A stretch of 64,000 nt of DNA, taken from NCBI RefSeq assembly GCF_028368995.1, contig NZ_JAQNDL010000001.1, positions 3,520,001-3,584,000 of the forward strand, written 5' to 3'. Origin of the DNA: Nannocystis bainbridge. GTDB lineage: Bacteria; Myxococcota_A; Polyangia; Nannocystales; Nannocystaceae. Made by a program: the position numbers and the translations under genes. Each line of letters starts with the position of its first letter. Positions within the stretch are counted from its first letter, which is position 1. This document shows positions 13,901-21,346 of this stretch, piece after piece. The notes below the pieces were generated by a model that had not been told where the DNA came from, made no database searches, and was given only the letters and a program-made list of their open reading frames with translations.

Positions 13901-16900
13901 GTGTGGTCCTCGGTGAAGGCCTGGCGGTAGTAGGAGAACGACAGCGCCTCGTCCTGGCTGATGCGCTCGGCCAGCTCGGCCAGCCGGCGGAGCAGCGCCT
14001 GCCGCTGCGCCGGATCCTCGCTGTGGTTGAGCTGGATCTTCAGCGGGACCGAGATGTGACGCTCGTCGTGCGCCTGCTCGTAGAGATCGATCAGGGCGTC
14101 GGCGACGGTGAGGTTGTTGTCGTCGAACGACAGCGCGCGCTCGAGGGCGCGGGTGGCCTTGTCGGCCTTGTCCATGCGCGTCTTGTAGAGATCGGCGATC
14201 TTGAGCAGGAGCGTGGTGCGAGCCGCACCCTCGGCGGTCTCGGCCTCGCGCTCGAGCACGCGGATGAACTCGCCCCACTTGTCTTGCTTGGCGTAGAACT
14301 CCTGGAGGCTCTCCATGTCGCCGAGGGCGAGGTAGAGCTTCTTGAGGGCGTCCTGCGCGCGGCGGTTCTCGGAGTCGAGCTGGTACAGCTGCTCCCACGC
14401 CTTGATGGAACTGGCGTTGTCGTCGAGCTTGTCGCTGTAGTTGGAGCCGAGCTTGACGAGGTAGTTGGCCTTCTTGGTCGGGTCGCCCTCGACCTCGGCC
14501 AGCGTGCGCAGCACGCCGGCGAGCTGGCCCCACTCCTTCTCGCGCTCGAGGAGACCCTCGAGCTGCTCGAGCGCCTCGTGGTGGGTCGGCTCCATCGCCA
14601 GGACCTGGTTCCACAGCTCGATCGAGAGCGGGTTCTTCTTGATCTTCGAGACCGCGGTGCGGGCGACGTCGAGCAGCTGCTCCATGCGCTGCGCCGGGTC
14701 CTCGATCAGCGTCAGCTCCTTCTGCTGGACGTGAACGAGCTTCTCCCAGTCGCGCCGCTTGGCGTACAGGTCCTTGAGCTTGGTGATCGCCTCGACGTTG
14801 TACTCGTCGGCCTCGAGCACCGACTCGAAGCTCTTGATCGCCTCGGCCTGGTTGTTGAACTTGTCGAGGAAGAGGCGACCGGCCTCGAGGTGCAGGGCGG
14901 TGCGACCGACGGGGTCGGTGGTGAGCTCGGCGCGGCGGCGGATCCGGCTGATGAGGTCCGGCCAGCGCTTCATCTGCTCGAACTGGTTCTGCTGGGTCTC
15001 GACGACCTTGAGCAGTGACTCGGTGTCACCAGCGTCCTCGAGCACCTTCTCGAACGCGGCCAGCGTGGTGACCACGAGGCCGGGCTGACGAAGGTGATCG
15101 CGGTAGATGTCGAGGAGCTGCCAGTACGAGGCCTTGGTGTGCTCGAGGTCCTTGTTCGGATCGCCCTTGAGCTCGTCCTTCAGCAGGTCGGCGACGTTGC
15201 TCCACTTGCCAGCCTCGCCGTAGAGCTCCTTGAGGCGCGTCCGCGGGTAACGCTTCTGCGGCAGCTTGCCCATGGCGTCGCGCCAGGCGTCGATCGCCTT
15301 GGCGCCACCGGGGGCCTCCGCGGTGCGAGCGGCGTTGTAGATCCGGACCTCCTCGGGGAGGAAGATCTCGCCGTGCATCTCGACGCCGTCAGCCGGGATC
15401 GCGGCGATCTCGGCGGCGATCTTGTCGGCAGCGGCCTTCTCGGCGGCGACCTTCTCGGCAGCTGCGCGCTCGACAGCGGCGGCCTTCTCGGCCTTCTCGG
15501 CGGCGGCCTTCTCGGCAGCAGCGGCCCGCTCGGCGGCGACGCGCTCGCGCTCGGCCTTGTCGGCGGCGACCTTCTCGGCGGCGAGACGCTCACGCTCGGC
15601 CTTGTCGGCGGCGGCCTTCTCGGCAGCAGCAGCCTTGTCCGCGGCGGCCTTCTCGGCGGCAGCGGCCTTCTCGGCGGCAGCGGCCTCGCGCTCGGCGCGG
15701 TCGCGCTCGGACCGCTCGGCAGCGGCACGGTCAGCGGCGACGCGATCGCGTTCCTCCCGCTCGGCGGCCTCGGCCTGCTCGACGGCGGCTTGCTCGGCGG
15801 CGAGGGCAGCGGCGGCGGCTTGCTCGCGTGCGGCGTCTTCGGCCGCGGCCTCGTCGACGGCGGCCCGCTGCGCAGCGGCGGCTTCGGCCTCGGCACGCTG
15901 GGCGGCGGCACGCTCGGCGGAGTCGTCCGCCGGCGCCTCGAGGGCGCCGTGCTGACGCTGGAACTCGACGATCGTCGGGTGATTCGGAGCGTGCGTGACG
16001 CCGTAGGCCAGCAGGCTGCGGGCGCTCTCGACGTCCTGGCGCTGATGCCACGCGACCTCGCCGCCGAGGATCGCGAGCAACGCCACGTCGGTCGGATCGG
16101 TGATGACCTGCAGGCCGCGCACGGCCAGCTCGACGAGGCCCTCGGGGTTGCCGGTGCGCTCGGCGGCCTTCTTGAGCATGTGGAACGCGCCGAGGTGCCA
16201 GTCAGCGTCGTTCTCGTCCTTGAGGACGCTGGCGCCGATCGAGTAGGCGTACTCGAGCGCCTGGCGGAAGAAGTACGCCGCCATGTCGGCGTTGTTGAGG
16301 CGCACCTGCCAGATCAACGCGAACTGACGCAGCAGCGCGACCTTCTTGTCCGGCTCGCGCTCGAGCGCGGCGCGGCGGTCCTGCAGCTTCTGGATGTGCT
16401 GCAGGTGACCGCCGCCGGCGAGCAAGGTCTCGGCGATGTAGCCGGCCTCGTCGTTGCTCGGATCGGCGTCGAGCGCCTTGAACAGCAGCGGCAACAGGCG
16501 CGGGTCTTCGGGCGCCTCTTGCTGCAAGATCCGCGCGGTGCGGAGGTACAGCGCCGACAGCTGGTGGCCGCCGTTCTCGACGTTCGCGGCCAGCGGGTCA
16601 GCCTGGCCGCTGAGCGCGATCAGCTGGTTCATGCAGATGTTCTGCAGCGCGAACTGCCAGTTGCTCCGGTCGTACAGCGACTCCTGGAAGCGGTCCTGGA
16701 ACTCTTGATTGCGACCCTCGGCGCTGGCGGCCGCCTCGAGGTACGGGCGGGCCTGCTCGATCTGCCGCAGGTTGAGCAGCGCGCGGCCGTAGGCGTAGTT
16801 CAGCAGCGCCGCGCGGTCGGGGTCGCGATTGGCCCGCAGCTCGAGCGCCATCAGCTTGGTGACCATCTCGAGGTTGGCCATCTGCTGATAGATCTTGCGC

Positions 16901-17136
16901 GCCGACTCCAGGGCCTTGAGGTTCTCACGGTCGCGCTTGACGGCCGTCTGGTAGAACGTCATCGCCTTGGCCTTGTCGAGCAGCAATCCCTCGCAGGCCT
17001 GGGCGAGGTGGTAGAACGCCGCCGACTGCGCCTGAGGCGTGCCGGCGGAGCTCGCCTGCGACTCGGATTCGTCGATCACCCCGCTCCAGTCGGAGACCTC
17101 GGTGAGCCGTGACTTGATGCGCGTCGTTACTTCCAT
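4996..17136 (-). CDS. gltI: Giant TPR-repeat gliding motility protein GltI/AgmK-like (4046 aa)
   Basis: Dozens of TPR-like helical repeats (e.g. AIEAYRTILEIDPD, ALAALERLY), very large size, and position downstream of gltD-E-F-G as in the Myxococcus G1 cluster. Confidence 0.8.
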   Translation of the reverse strand: MEVTTRIKSRLTEVSDWSGVIDESESQASSAGTPQAQSAAFYHLAQACEGLLLDKAKAMTFYQTAVKRDRENLKALESARKIYQQMANLEMVTKLMALELRANRDPDRAALLNYAYGRALLNLRQIEQARPYLEAAASAEGRNQEFQDRFQESLYDRSNWQFALQNICMNQLIALSGQADPLAANVENGGHQLSALYLRTARILQQEAPEDPRLLPLLFKALDADPSNDEAGYIAETLLAGGGHLQHIQKLQDRRAALEREPDKKVALLRQFALIWQVRLNNADMAAYFFRQALEYAYSIGASVLKDENDADWHLGAFHMLKKAAERTGNPEGLVELAVRGLQVITDPTDVALLAILGGEVAWHQRQDVESARSLLAYGVTHAPNHPTIVEFQRQHGALEAPADDSAERAAAQRAEAEAAAAQRAAVDEAAAEDAAREQAAAAALAAEQAAVEQAEAAEREERDRVAADRAAAERSERDRAEREAAAAEKAAAAEKAAADKAAAAEKAAADKAERERLAAEKVAADKAERERVAAERAAAAEKAAAEKAEKAAAVERAAAEKVAAEKAAADKIAAEIAAIPADGVEMHGEIFLPEEVRIYNAARTAEAPGGAKAIDAWRDAMGKLPQKRYPRTRLKELYGEAGKWSNVADLLKDELKGDPNKDLEHTKASYWQLLDIYRDHLRQPGLVVTTLAAFEKVLEDAGDTESLLKVVETQQNQFEQMKRWPDLISRIRRRAELTTDPVGRTALHLEAGRLFLDKFNNQAEAIKSFESVLEADEYNVEAITKLKDLYAKRRDWEKLVHVQQKELTLIEDPAQRMEQLLDVARTAVSKIKKNPLSIELWNQVLAMEPTHHEALEQLEGLLEREKEWGQLAGVLRTLAEVEGDPTKKANYLVKLGSNYSDKLDDNASSIKAWEQLYQLDSENRRAQDALKKLYLALGDMESLQEFYAKQDKWGEFIRVLEREAETAEGAARTTLLLKIADLYKTRMDKADKATRALERALSFDDNNLTVADALIDLYEQAHDERHISVPLKIQLNHSEDPAQRQALLRRLAELAERISQDEALSFSYYRQAFTEDHTQADTREHLFRLGESIGAWTEQIESLRAAIEKYGTDPDSIPLRLKLAEIYEKRSSDLEAALAANQAILEINAEEATALASLERLYLALGREEDLLNVLRTQLSLAGNDDDRRAIQTRIGSIHEQLGHVDQAVTAYEAVLATGVEDPTVLAALDRLYLGQGKWNELADILRRELDVTAPDEIEARATLLLRLGIVQQDKLNSAPEAVDLFRQVLDVDAANEEARKRLEGYLEDDALKTTVAGILLPVYERLLDWPKMVQTLEIQVAAAGTVDERVGLLLQIGGILANNIGNTAAAFDAYSRAFRHDPRNEAAQEELEKLAHLENRYADYAALFEEAVAGDLPSELQRTLLMRLAGLYDQRIGNAPKAIENFKKALEVDADNVDALEALEKLYSRDQNWGELLGVYRSQIPLTNDGSKRQELRFRIAYLQDEMLGQKEEAIATYNEILADEFENLQAIVALDRLYLAREAWTELAENLERQLTLSNDPDKQIELNLRLGDLRLTKLEQAGQAVETYHRVLALDAGNATALGALETLLTHEQQQLTVAKTLEPFYRVNNNWPRLIQAYEIMVTHASDAEEKIGLLHRIAELYEIAGEEPSKAFDALGRAFKVDPSNATTQERLETLARQLEDYPRLVALYDESIPDIVDDALIIRLLVKIAQIYELVIEDPAKAASSYERILGVDPGNFEAVDALINLHLKNSNFGSLVEAVVRKSEMVTEVADRKALLLYAAQTRETAMEDPAGAIALYQQVLALDDADASALDALAKLFTQTEAWENLKDIYRRKTELAESPEHRRYWLHQLGPIYDEKLKDVEQAIETYRSILDLEPADYDAIQALDRLYGQAERWQDQLGILERAVEVAPQRDEKTALRHRIGGLYETQLADIVRAVEAYRDTLAHAPDHAPTIAALDRIVHGEDQPMLAAEVLAPFYNQLAEWEKLVDIYEVMVRQTQDPAQQIELLHQIAAIHERQLQQFEQAFAAYARALVIEPTHEATLGQLHRLAEVTGDHEKLASLLAEQAAAIPDPATKVGMLHRLAGVLETKLNRIDDAIERYLAILDIDGENSDAIAQLDRIYSGLERWQPLVENLRRQIAITADEQEIIALQYRMGQIYQNNIQDLPKAIEAYRTILEIDPDSSATQATLELIFAEGEHQSEIGSILEPLYQASRNWDALIKLADVKLNATADTAERLQIIENTAQICEQQLGDPGQAFYWWLRAYMDDPLSERVAEEIERLAEATQEWGYIVDVGEQILENPNLSQDARVAVLSRSGQVLETRLGDRARAIEVYNRLLALVPDHGDGLQALDRLYTQTGRWEELAEILQRRIQATMDGEVLVDLEMRLAAAFEQWLANPEAAIAAYNRALDIDGNNLRALERLEALYLSAARWEDLYKTYERTAAIANTDEDTAACYQRMAKIAAEALDREENAVDLWGKVLELRGEDPLALGELAVLHERSQRWEDLAEVLERQVFAVEDPTEKVAIYQQLALVYGDRLGKERNSLDAWLNARELNGRDLETLTALHAIYQRNESWVELNDVLANLIELGPDALGTEQLRAYYAQVGRIQAEYLMDTQAAIAAWRHVLELEPTSLEALAALERLHSSEASWDEVIRVLEKKRKVVESAPEKIDVLMQIAAIWEQQLGNKTEAAGAYLEILDLDQAYMPAHEALEVIYRETEAWGDLIDLYLRQVEIFEDAKFKVTTYQKMAKVFEENQEDPGNAFEVLKYAFNIDYANEDTSRELERLATQANKWGELLNEYNGIVRSIPDKGEQAELWVKIGRWYGEHLNRVDYGLKSLEEALKLNANNINALREQAGFYRRAMNNVELAKTLARIVPLETDPNIQIRTLTQLAEVQDGGLGDIPAAIESYRKVLEIDGENINALDALARLHQNQGQWQDLVGVLERRVGTLDEPEQVIALRKRIGGVQEGQLGDATAAIETYRTIVDSEPGDREALAALERLYLAGGNVPQYLGVLEAELDTTTVRDEQIGIYDRMAAAHVNLAQDPARAAEALEKILLLDKYRDATYRQLEDLYTRLEKWTELVETYRNHIVVTTAPAAKTDLLVAMGQVYEKQIQDIDRAIETYSEILELNPQHFDSAVTLARLQEQIEDWPAALKTLARLVELSRDPPVRVQHLTRMGQVYQEKLGQLDEAERRLTQATEIDPGYVPAIVSLAELYKGRRDWLKAARNLEAAFGYSNTKLEKIALAAEAGFIYYEELENKEKAVALFAEVLKLDPEHVKVGRVIGQIYYDEGRFADADPIFDVLTRKADQLGLGDQDQRDLYLRAAKVARKLGNSDKSLKQFKRAYDIDATNREVLVGMADLLFEKEDWEKAFKLYQTILVQHRDTQSSSETVLVYYRLGMIKKRQNEPRKALNYLEKALEVDPHDLATLNAVIELQTGAGDWEGVIQAKRAMIDVAATGDQQAAIYNEIGKLYLEKLGNWQKAAAAYQNALDLQPKDYPLLHTLLDIYTRNKQWEESIRIIDRIVEIEKDPKRRSKYNYTAAVLLRDELKAHDESIDRFNSVLDDDPAYLKAFQAIDAMVTKSKDWKTLERSYRKMLKRLPADSMGDLKITLWSNLAEIYRTRLKDFKAATAAFEVAAKLDPGNTERHYLLAELYEALMQDNPQEYATQAVKEHQILIAQEPFRYESYHALFNIYRKSNQFDKAYCLARTLVFLKQATPEEQQIHDKYASNEFRQARQRLSEEILRRHVFHPDEDLYLTGILGSIAPAIAAWRANPLPAYLKPNERTDINTDPAPVSRMAKYVMQLLNVGQPDLYLRPEDPGDVSLLNAQRDGRVHPTMVVFQNLLKGKNEKHLAFALGRYMADLYLPHYAYVALDRSPQNLKQVFLACMHMCDMETGGNRQELDQIAREILSRLPANARDQMRSLMRRFVEAGGSTDVKKWALGTEITAYRIGFLLCDDLITAAHLISQEQAAFGSSMTPKDKIKELVLYSISEDYFKARKGIGVSVA

Positions 17137-17193
17137 CTGAGACCCTGTTTTTTGAGCATTATCGGGGGATTACCCCGGGCTCGGGAGATGGCG

Positions 17194-17223
17194 GATATAC
17201 CACGCACCTCGCCGAGCGTTCAA
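17194..17223 (-). promoter_or_regulatory. Possible sigma-70-type promoter for gltI
   Basis: Minus strand reads TTGAAC-N18-TATATC with a TGn extended -10, about 60 bp upstream of the ATG. Confidence 0.3.
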
Positions 17224-17409
17224 CGCGTCCGGAACGATTCAACGCAGGCGAGCCCAGCGGGCCCACCGTGCACACGACGGGGGACCCCCGCGGCGAGCCG
17301 CGGGGTGACTGATGGTAGGTCGGGCCTGGCGGGCCGCGTAAGTCGAGACGACGAGCCGTCCCCGACGGCCCGCGGGGGCCTGGCCTCGCGGGTACCGTCG
17401 CTGTCGGGC

Positions 17410-18318
17410 TCAGATGACGTCCTGCATGCGAGCGACGGTGTCGCGCGCCGCCTTGATGAGGTCGGGACGGGCGTCTCCGGCCTTGCCCAGGAACAGCTCG
17501 AGGTTCTCTTTGGCTTCCTTGCGCTGGCGCAGCTCGGCGAAGGCCATGCCGAGGCCGTAGAGCGCGTCGGCGCCGTCGGGGTCGATGGCCTTGGCCTTCG
17601 TGTAGGCGTCGATGGCCTCTTTCATCTGCCCGAGCTCGAAGTGGGCGCGGCCGAGGCCGTTCCACATGCGAGCGTCCTTGTCGTTGATCTGCGCGCCGGT
17701 ATCGAGCACCGCCATCGCCACGTTGGCGAAGCCGTAGTCGATGTACATGTTGCCGAGCGAGACGAACGCGGGGCTGTAGCTGGGCTTGATCTCGATCGTC
17801 TTGCGGTAGGCGGAGTCGGCCTTCTCCGGCTGATCGAGCTTCTCGTACAGCACGCCGGTGCGGTAATGGGCGCGGTACATCTTCGGGTCGAGCTTCAGCG
17901 CCTCTTGGAACGAGTTGATCGCGGCGTTGAACTTGGTCTCGCGCTCCGACGACGACACGCCGTCGGCCTCGCCCTGGGCCTGCTGCACAGCGCCGAGGTC
18001 GTACCAGTACTCGGCCTGCGGCTCGGCCTTCATGTTGTCGATCGCGCCCGTGAACGCCTTCTCGGCGTCGACCAGCTTGTTCTGCTTCTTGTAGATCTGG
18101 CCCAGGGTGTGATGCGCGGCCGCGTAGCTCGAATCGAGCTGAATGGCGTCCTGGATCGCCTTTTCGGCGCCGGCGGTGTTGTTGCGATCGAACAGCTGGA
18201 TGCCTTCGTTCATCCGGTTGATCGCCTGGACTCGGTTACGGCTCGCCAGGCCATTACAGGCCGGCAGGAGGACAGCACAGGAGACGACGAGAGCGGCCAG
18301 AGGGGAGAGACGACGCAT
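17410..18318 (-). CDS. TPR-repeat lipoprotein
   Basis: Start at ATG 18318 (MRRLSPLAALVVSCAVLLPAC, lipobox LPAC), followed by about 7 TPR repeats. Confidence 0.85.
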   Translation of the reverse strand: MRRLSPLAALVVSCAVLLPACNGLASRNRVQAINRMNEGIQLFDRNNTAGAEKAIQDAIQLDSSYAAAHHTLGQIYKKQNKLVDAEKAFTGAIDNMKAEPQAEYWYDLGAVQQAQGEADGVSSSERETKFNAAINSFQEALKLDPKMYRAHYRTGVLYEKLDQPEKADSAYRKTIEIKPSYSPAFVSLGNMYIDYGFANVAMAVLDTGAQINDKDARMWNGLGRAHFELGQMKEAIDAYTKAKAIDPDGADALYGLGMAFAELRQRKEAKENLELFLGKAGDARPDLIKAARDTVARMQDVI

Positions 18319-18646
18319 CAGAGACCTTTCCGGATCGCGTGCGGATGATAACGGGCGGGGCATCTGGTGACAAGGTTGCACGTCGGCGCGATCGTTCGCG
18401 GCGTTTCTCGGGCTTCGAGAAGGTCGCCGAGGTCGCGAGCGAAAACGCGCCACACGCGCCGGGCTCGCCGAAGATGCCGCTGGGCCCGGCAATCGGCCAG
18501 GTCGTGAGTTGACGCGAGCCCGCGGCCAGGGTCGGGCGATCTCACCGACAGATCTCCGAACGCCCAGCAGTCCTTAAACGCCGAAGGCCCGGCGTGGCCG
18601 GGCATCCTGGCTTTCGAGACAGGCTGTCCTTCAGGACAGCTTTCGA

Positions 18647-20737
18647 TCAACCCGGCTCGAGCACGAACGGGTACGAGACGATGACCGAACCGCCGCCTTC
18701 GGGCTTGGGGAAGGTCCAGCGTTTGACCGCCTGGGCGATGCAGGAGCCGACGGCCGGGTCCTTCAACGTGCTCTCCTGGACCACCGCCGTGGGCACCTTG
18801 CCGGTGCCGCCGATGGTGAACTGGACGGCGACGCGGCCCTTGGCGTTGGGGTCACGCGCGAGGGCCTGGTTGTAGCAGTAGCGGACCTCGTTGATGTGCG
18901 CGCGGACGATGCGGCGAATGATGTCCTTGTCGAGCGCGCCCTGGACCTCGGCCTTGGCCTGACGGACCGTCGGCACGCGGGTGCCGCGGCCGCCGAAGCC
19001 GGCGCCTGCGCCACGACCGTAGCCGGAGCCCGTGCCGCCGCCGCCGCCCTTGCCGATGAGGCCCGTGTTGCCGAGGCCGATCGTGCCCTCGCCGGTGCCG
19101 CCGCCGCCGCGGCCGGTGCCGACCAGGCCGAGGCCGCCGACGCCGTACGCTTCGCCGACCTCGGTGCCGGTGAGGCCGCCCCACACGTCCGCGTCGTCGT
19201 TGCCGACCGCGAACGCGCCGCCGTACGGCGAGGCGAGGAAGTGGCCGCTCTCGGCGCTCATGACCCCGAGGATGCCGGCCTGGCGCGCGGCCATGTCGGG
19301 GTCGAAGTTACGGGCCATCTGCGGGATGGCGTCCTTGGGGCCCTTCATGGCGTAGAGGCCCGACTTGCTCTTCGAGGTGGGCTTGCCCATCTTGCCCTCC
19401 TCGCCCTTGTGACGCTGACCGGTGCCGCCGGCCTCGTCGTCGGAGTTCTCCATGTCCTCCGGCGGCGGCTCCTCCTCCTCCGGCGGCTTGTCGGGCTGGT
19501 TGAGGTAACCGACGAAGCGGTTCTCTTCCATCATCTCGTCGAGGCTGAGGTTGCCGGCCTCGTTGGGGATCAGGTGCGTGAGCACCAGCAGGCTGCCGAT
19601 GACCACGAACGAGGCGCCGTTGTAGATCCAGAACGGCTTGTCGGTCTCGCTGCCGCCCTTGATCACCGCGCCCGGCGCGACCGAGTTCACGTAAAAGGTG
19701 ACGTCCTGGTACTTGACCCGCGCCGTCGCTCCGGGCGGCAGCGGGAAGCTGAACGACGAGCCCTGCGCGCCCGCGCGACCGGTGGCGACCAGCTGCTGCA
19801 GCGTGATCGTCTGGCCGTCGAAGGTGACCTCACCGCTCATGTTCTGGGTGAAGTTGAGCGCGAACTCGTGGTCGCTGCCGCGGACCAGCGGGAAGCCGTT
19901 GGGCTCGGGCAGGCCGGCCGGCGGCACGTGGAACGACGCGCCGTGACCCTCGCCGATCGTGAAGTTCTTGTTGACGTAGTCGCCGGTGCGGATGAGGCCC
20001 ATGCTGAACGGCACGAGGCCCGCGATCGCCAGCAGCATGCCGATCGCCGCCAGACCGTTTCCGGGCGGGGTCGGGCGCGGCGTGCCCTGCTCGATCGAAT
20101 CCTGGACCTTCTTGCCGTAGCCGGGCCAGTCCGCGTTCACGTCGCTGAAGAACACCGCCGCGCCAGCGACCAGCATCGCCCCGCCGATGGCGAGGAAGAT
20201 CGGCGCCTGCGACTTGCGGTTGCGCAGCTGACCGACGTGCTGCACGTCGAGCACCGTCGTGCCGTACATCGCCACGACCTCGGCCACGCGCGAGCCGCCC
20301 TGATTCTCGACCTCGCTGAGGTCGATCTGGATCGGCGCCCGCGTCGCCATCGGCGCGGCCATCGGCGCAGCGGCGACCGCCACAGCCACGGGCGCGGCCA
20401 CCTGCGACGGGGCCGGCGCGACCGCGGCCTGCTGCCGGACGAAGCCGACCTCGAGCCGGTAGGGCCCGAAGTTCAAGGCGTCGCCATCGTGCAGCACCGC
20501 GTTCTTGTCGATCCGCTGGCCGTTGAGCACGGTGCCCGCCGCGCTCCCGAGATCGATCACCCGCACCTCTTCGCCGGACACCTCGATCACGGCGTGCATG
20601 CGGGCCACGGCCTCGTCATCCAGGCAAACATGGCTGCTCTTCAGCTTGCCAATCTTGATGACATCCTGTGTCAGCGTCTGGGTGTCGACGAGCTGGTCGC
20701 CGTAAAAGACTTTGATAGCGAGCGTCTTGGTGGACAT
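18647..20737 (-). CDS. gltG: GltG/PglI-like FHA + TM + TonB-C (AgmX/PglI C-terminal) gliding protein
   Basis: N-terminal FHA-like domain (IKIGK...ARMHAVIE...DLGSAAGTVLNG), TM helices, Gly-rich linker and C-terminal GALDKDIIRRIVRAHINEVRYCY...WTFPKP...VSYPFVL. Confidence 0.85.
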   Translation of the reverse strand: MSTKTLAIKVFYGDQLVDTQTLTQDVIKIGKLKSSHVCLDDEAVARMHAVIEVSGEEVRVIDLGSAAGTVLNGQRIDKNAVLHDGDALNFGPYRLEVGFVRQQAAVAPAPSQVAAPVAVAVAAAPMAAPMATRAPIQIDLSEVENQGGSRVAEVVAMYGTTVLDVQHVGQLRNRKSQAPIFLAIGGAMLVAGAAVFFSDVNADWPGYGKKVQDSIEQGTPRPTPPGNGLAAIGMLLAIAGLVPFSMGLIRTGDYVNKNFTIGEGHGASFHVPPAGLPEPNGFPLVRGSDHEFALNFTQNMSGEVTFDGQTITLQQLVATGRAGAQGSSFSFPLPPGATARVKYQDVTFYVNSVAPGAVIKGGSETDKPFWIYNGASFVVIGSLLVLTHLIPNEAGNLSLDEMMEENRFVGYLNQPDKPPEEEEPPPEDMENSDDEAGGTGQRHKGEEGKMGKPTSKSKSGLYAMKGPKDAIPQMARNFDPDMAARQAGILGVMSAESGHFLASPYGGAFAVGNDDADVWGGLTGTEVGEAYGVGGLGLVGTGRGGGGTGEGTIGLGNTGLIGKGGGGGTGSGYGRGAGAGFGGRGTRVPTVRQAKAEVQGALDKDIIRRIVRAHINEVRYCYNQALARDPNAKGRVAVQFTIGGTGKVPTAVVQESTLKDPAVGSCIAQAVKRWTFPKPEGGGSVIVSYPFVLEPG

Positions 20738-20858
20738 GGTCGGTCCTCGGTCCGGCGGATTGCGCGGGCAGAGACAGCGGGCTTCGGTGGCGGTTCCCGG
20801 GGTTCGGGCGCTTGTTCAAAAAAGAAACGTGAGTGAAAGCACGGGCGTCAGGCCCGGA

Positions 20859-21134
20859 TCACACATCGTTGGCCATCTTGATGAGCTCGGGAATGAAGTG
20901 CGGCCGGATGGTGATGAGGCTGGCGTGCTTGGTGCGGCCGCGCGAGGCGACGTTGGCGCCTTCGGGCGAGAGCAGCTCGCCGTCGACGTTGTCGTCGTCG
21001 AAGTCGTAGACCGTGGTGCCGCTGCCCTTGCCCTTGTTGGCCGCGGAGTCGGCGTCCTGGTCGCTGGCCGGAGCCGCGAAGGCGGTGGTCGAGGCGAAGA
21101 GGGTGGTCAGCAGAGTGATCAGAGCGAGCCGCAT
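20859..21134 (-). CDS. gltF: GltF/CglF-like small secreted gliding protein
   Basis: Signal peptide, then TTVYDFDDDNVDGELLSPEG...HASLITIRPHFIPELIKMANDV, typical of CglF. Located between gltE and gltG. Confidence 0.85.
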   Translation of the reverse strand: MRLALITLLTTLFASTTAFAAPASDQDADSAANKGKGSGTTVYDFDDDNVDGELLSPEGANVASRGRTKHASLITIRPHFIPELIKMANDV

Positions 21135-21290
21135 GATGAACCTCGTGGAACGGTCCCCCTGGGACCTTCACGCACCATACCTCGCTCGGGCCAGCCTTGT
21201 AAACGACCGGCCCTTGTGATGCGGTGGCCGGCGAGCGCGGACACGGGGCGAGGCGGGTTTGGCTGCGAGATCGCTCCGGACGCGTGACCC

Positions 21291-21322
21291 AAAAGAAAAA
21301 GGGGCGGCCGTCCGGCCGCCCC
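21291..21322 (-). terminator. Rho-independent terminator after gltE
   Basis: Minus strand reads GGGGCGGCCG-GA-CGGCCGCCCC followed by TTTTTCTTTT. Confidence 0.8.
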
Positions 21323-21346
21323 TCATGCGCGAATGACGAGCGCTGC

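Noticed and set aside
5128-15018. 3296-aa plus-strand ORF and similar long ORFs (450..2360, 15094..17112, 18896..20836, 23671..26847, 40183..41682)
   Set aside because: Antisense shadows of real minus-strand genes, caused by high GC3. They give L/V/R/G-rich translations with no motifs.
18624-18639. CTGTCCTTCAGGACAG as an E. coli-type LexA SOS box (CTGT-N8-ACAG)
   Set aside because: The core is GC-rich, sites are mostly not at promoters or repair genes, and myxobacterial LexA recognises a different box. The resemblance of the GGACATGTCC junction to a p53 half-site is likewise treated as coincidence.
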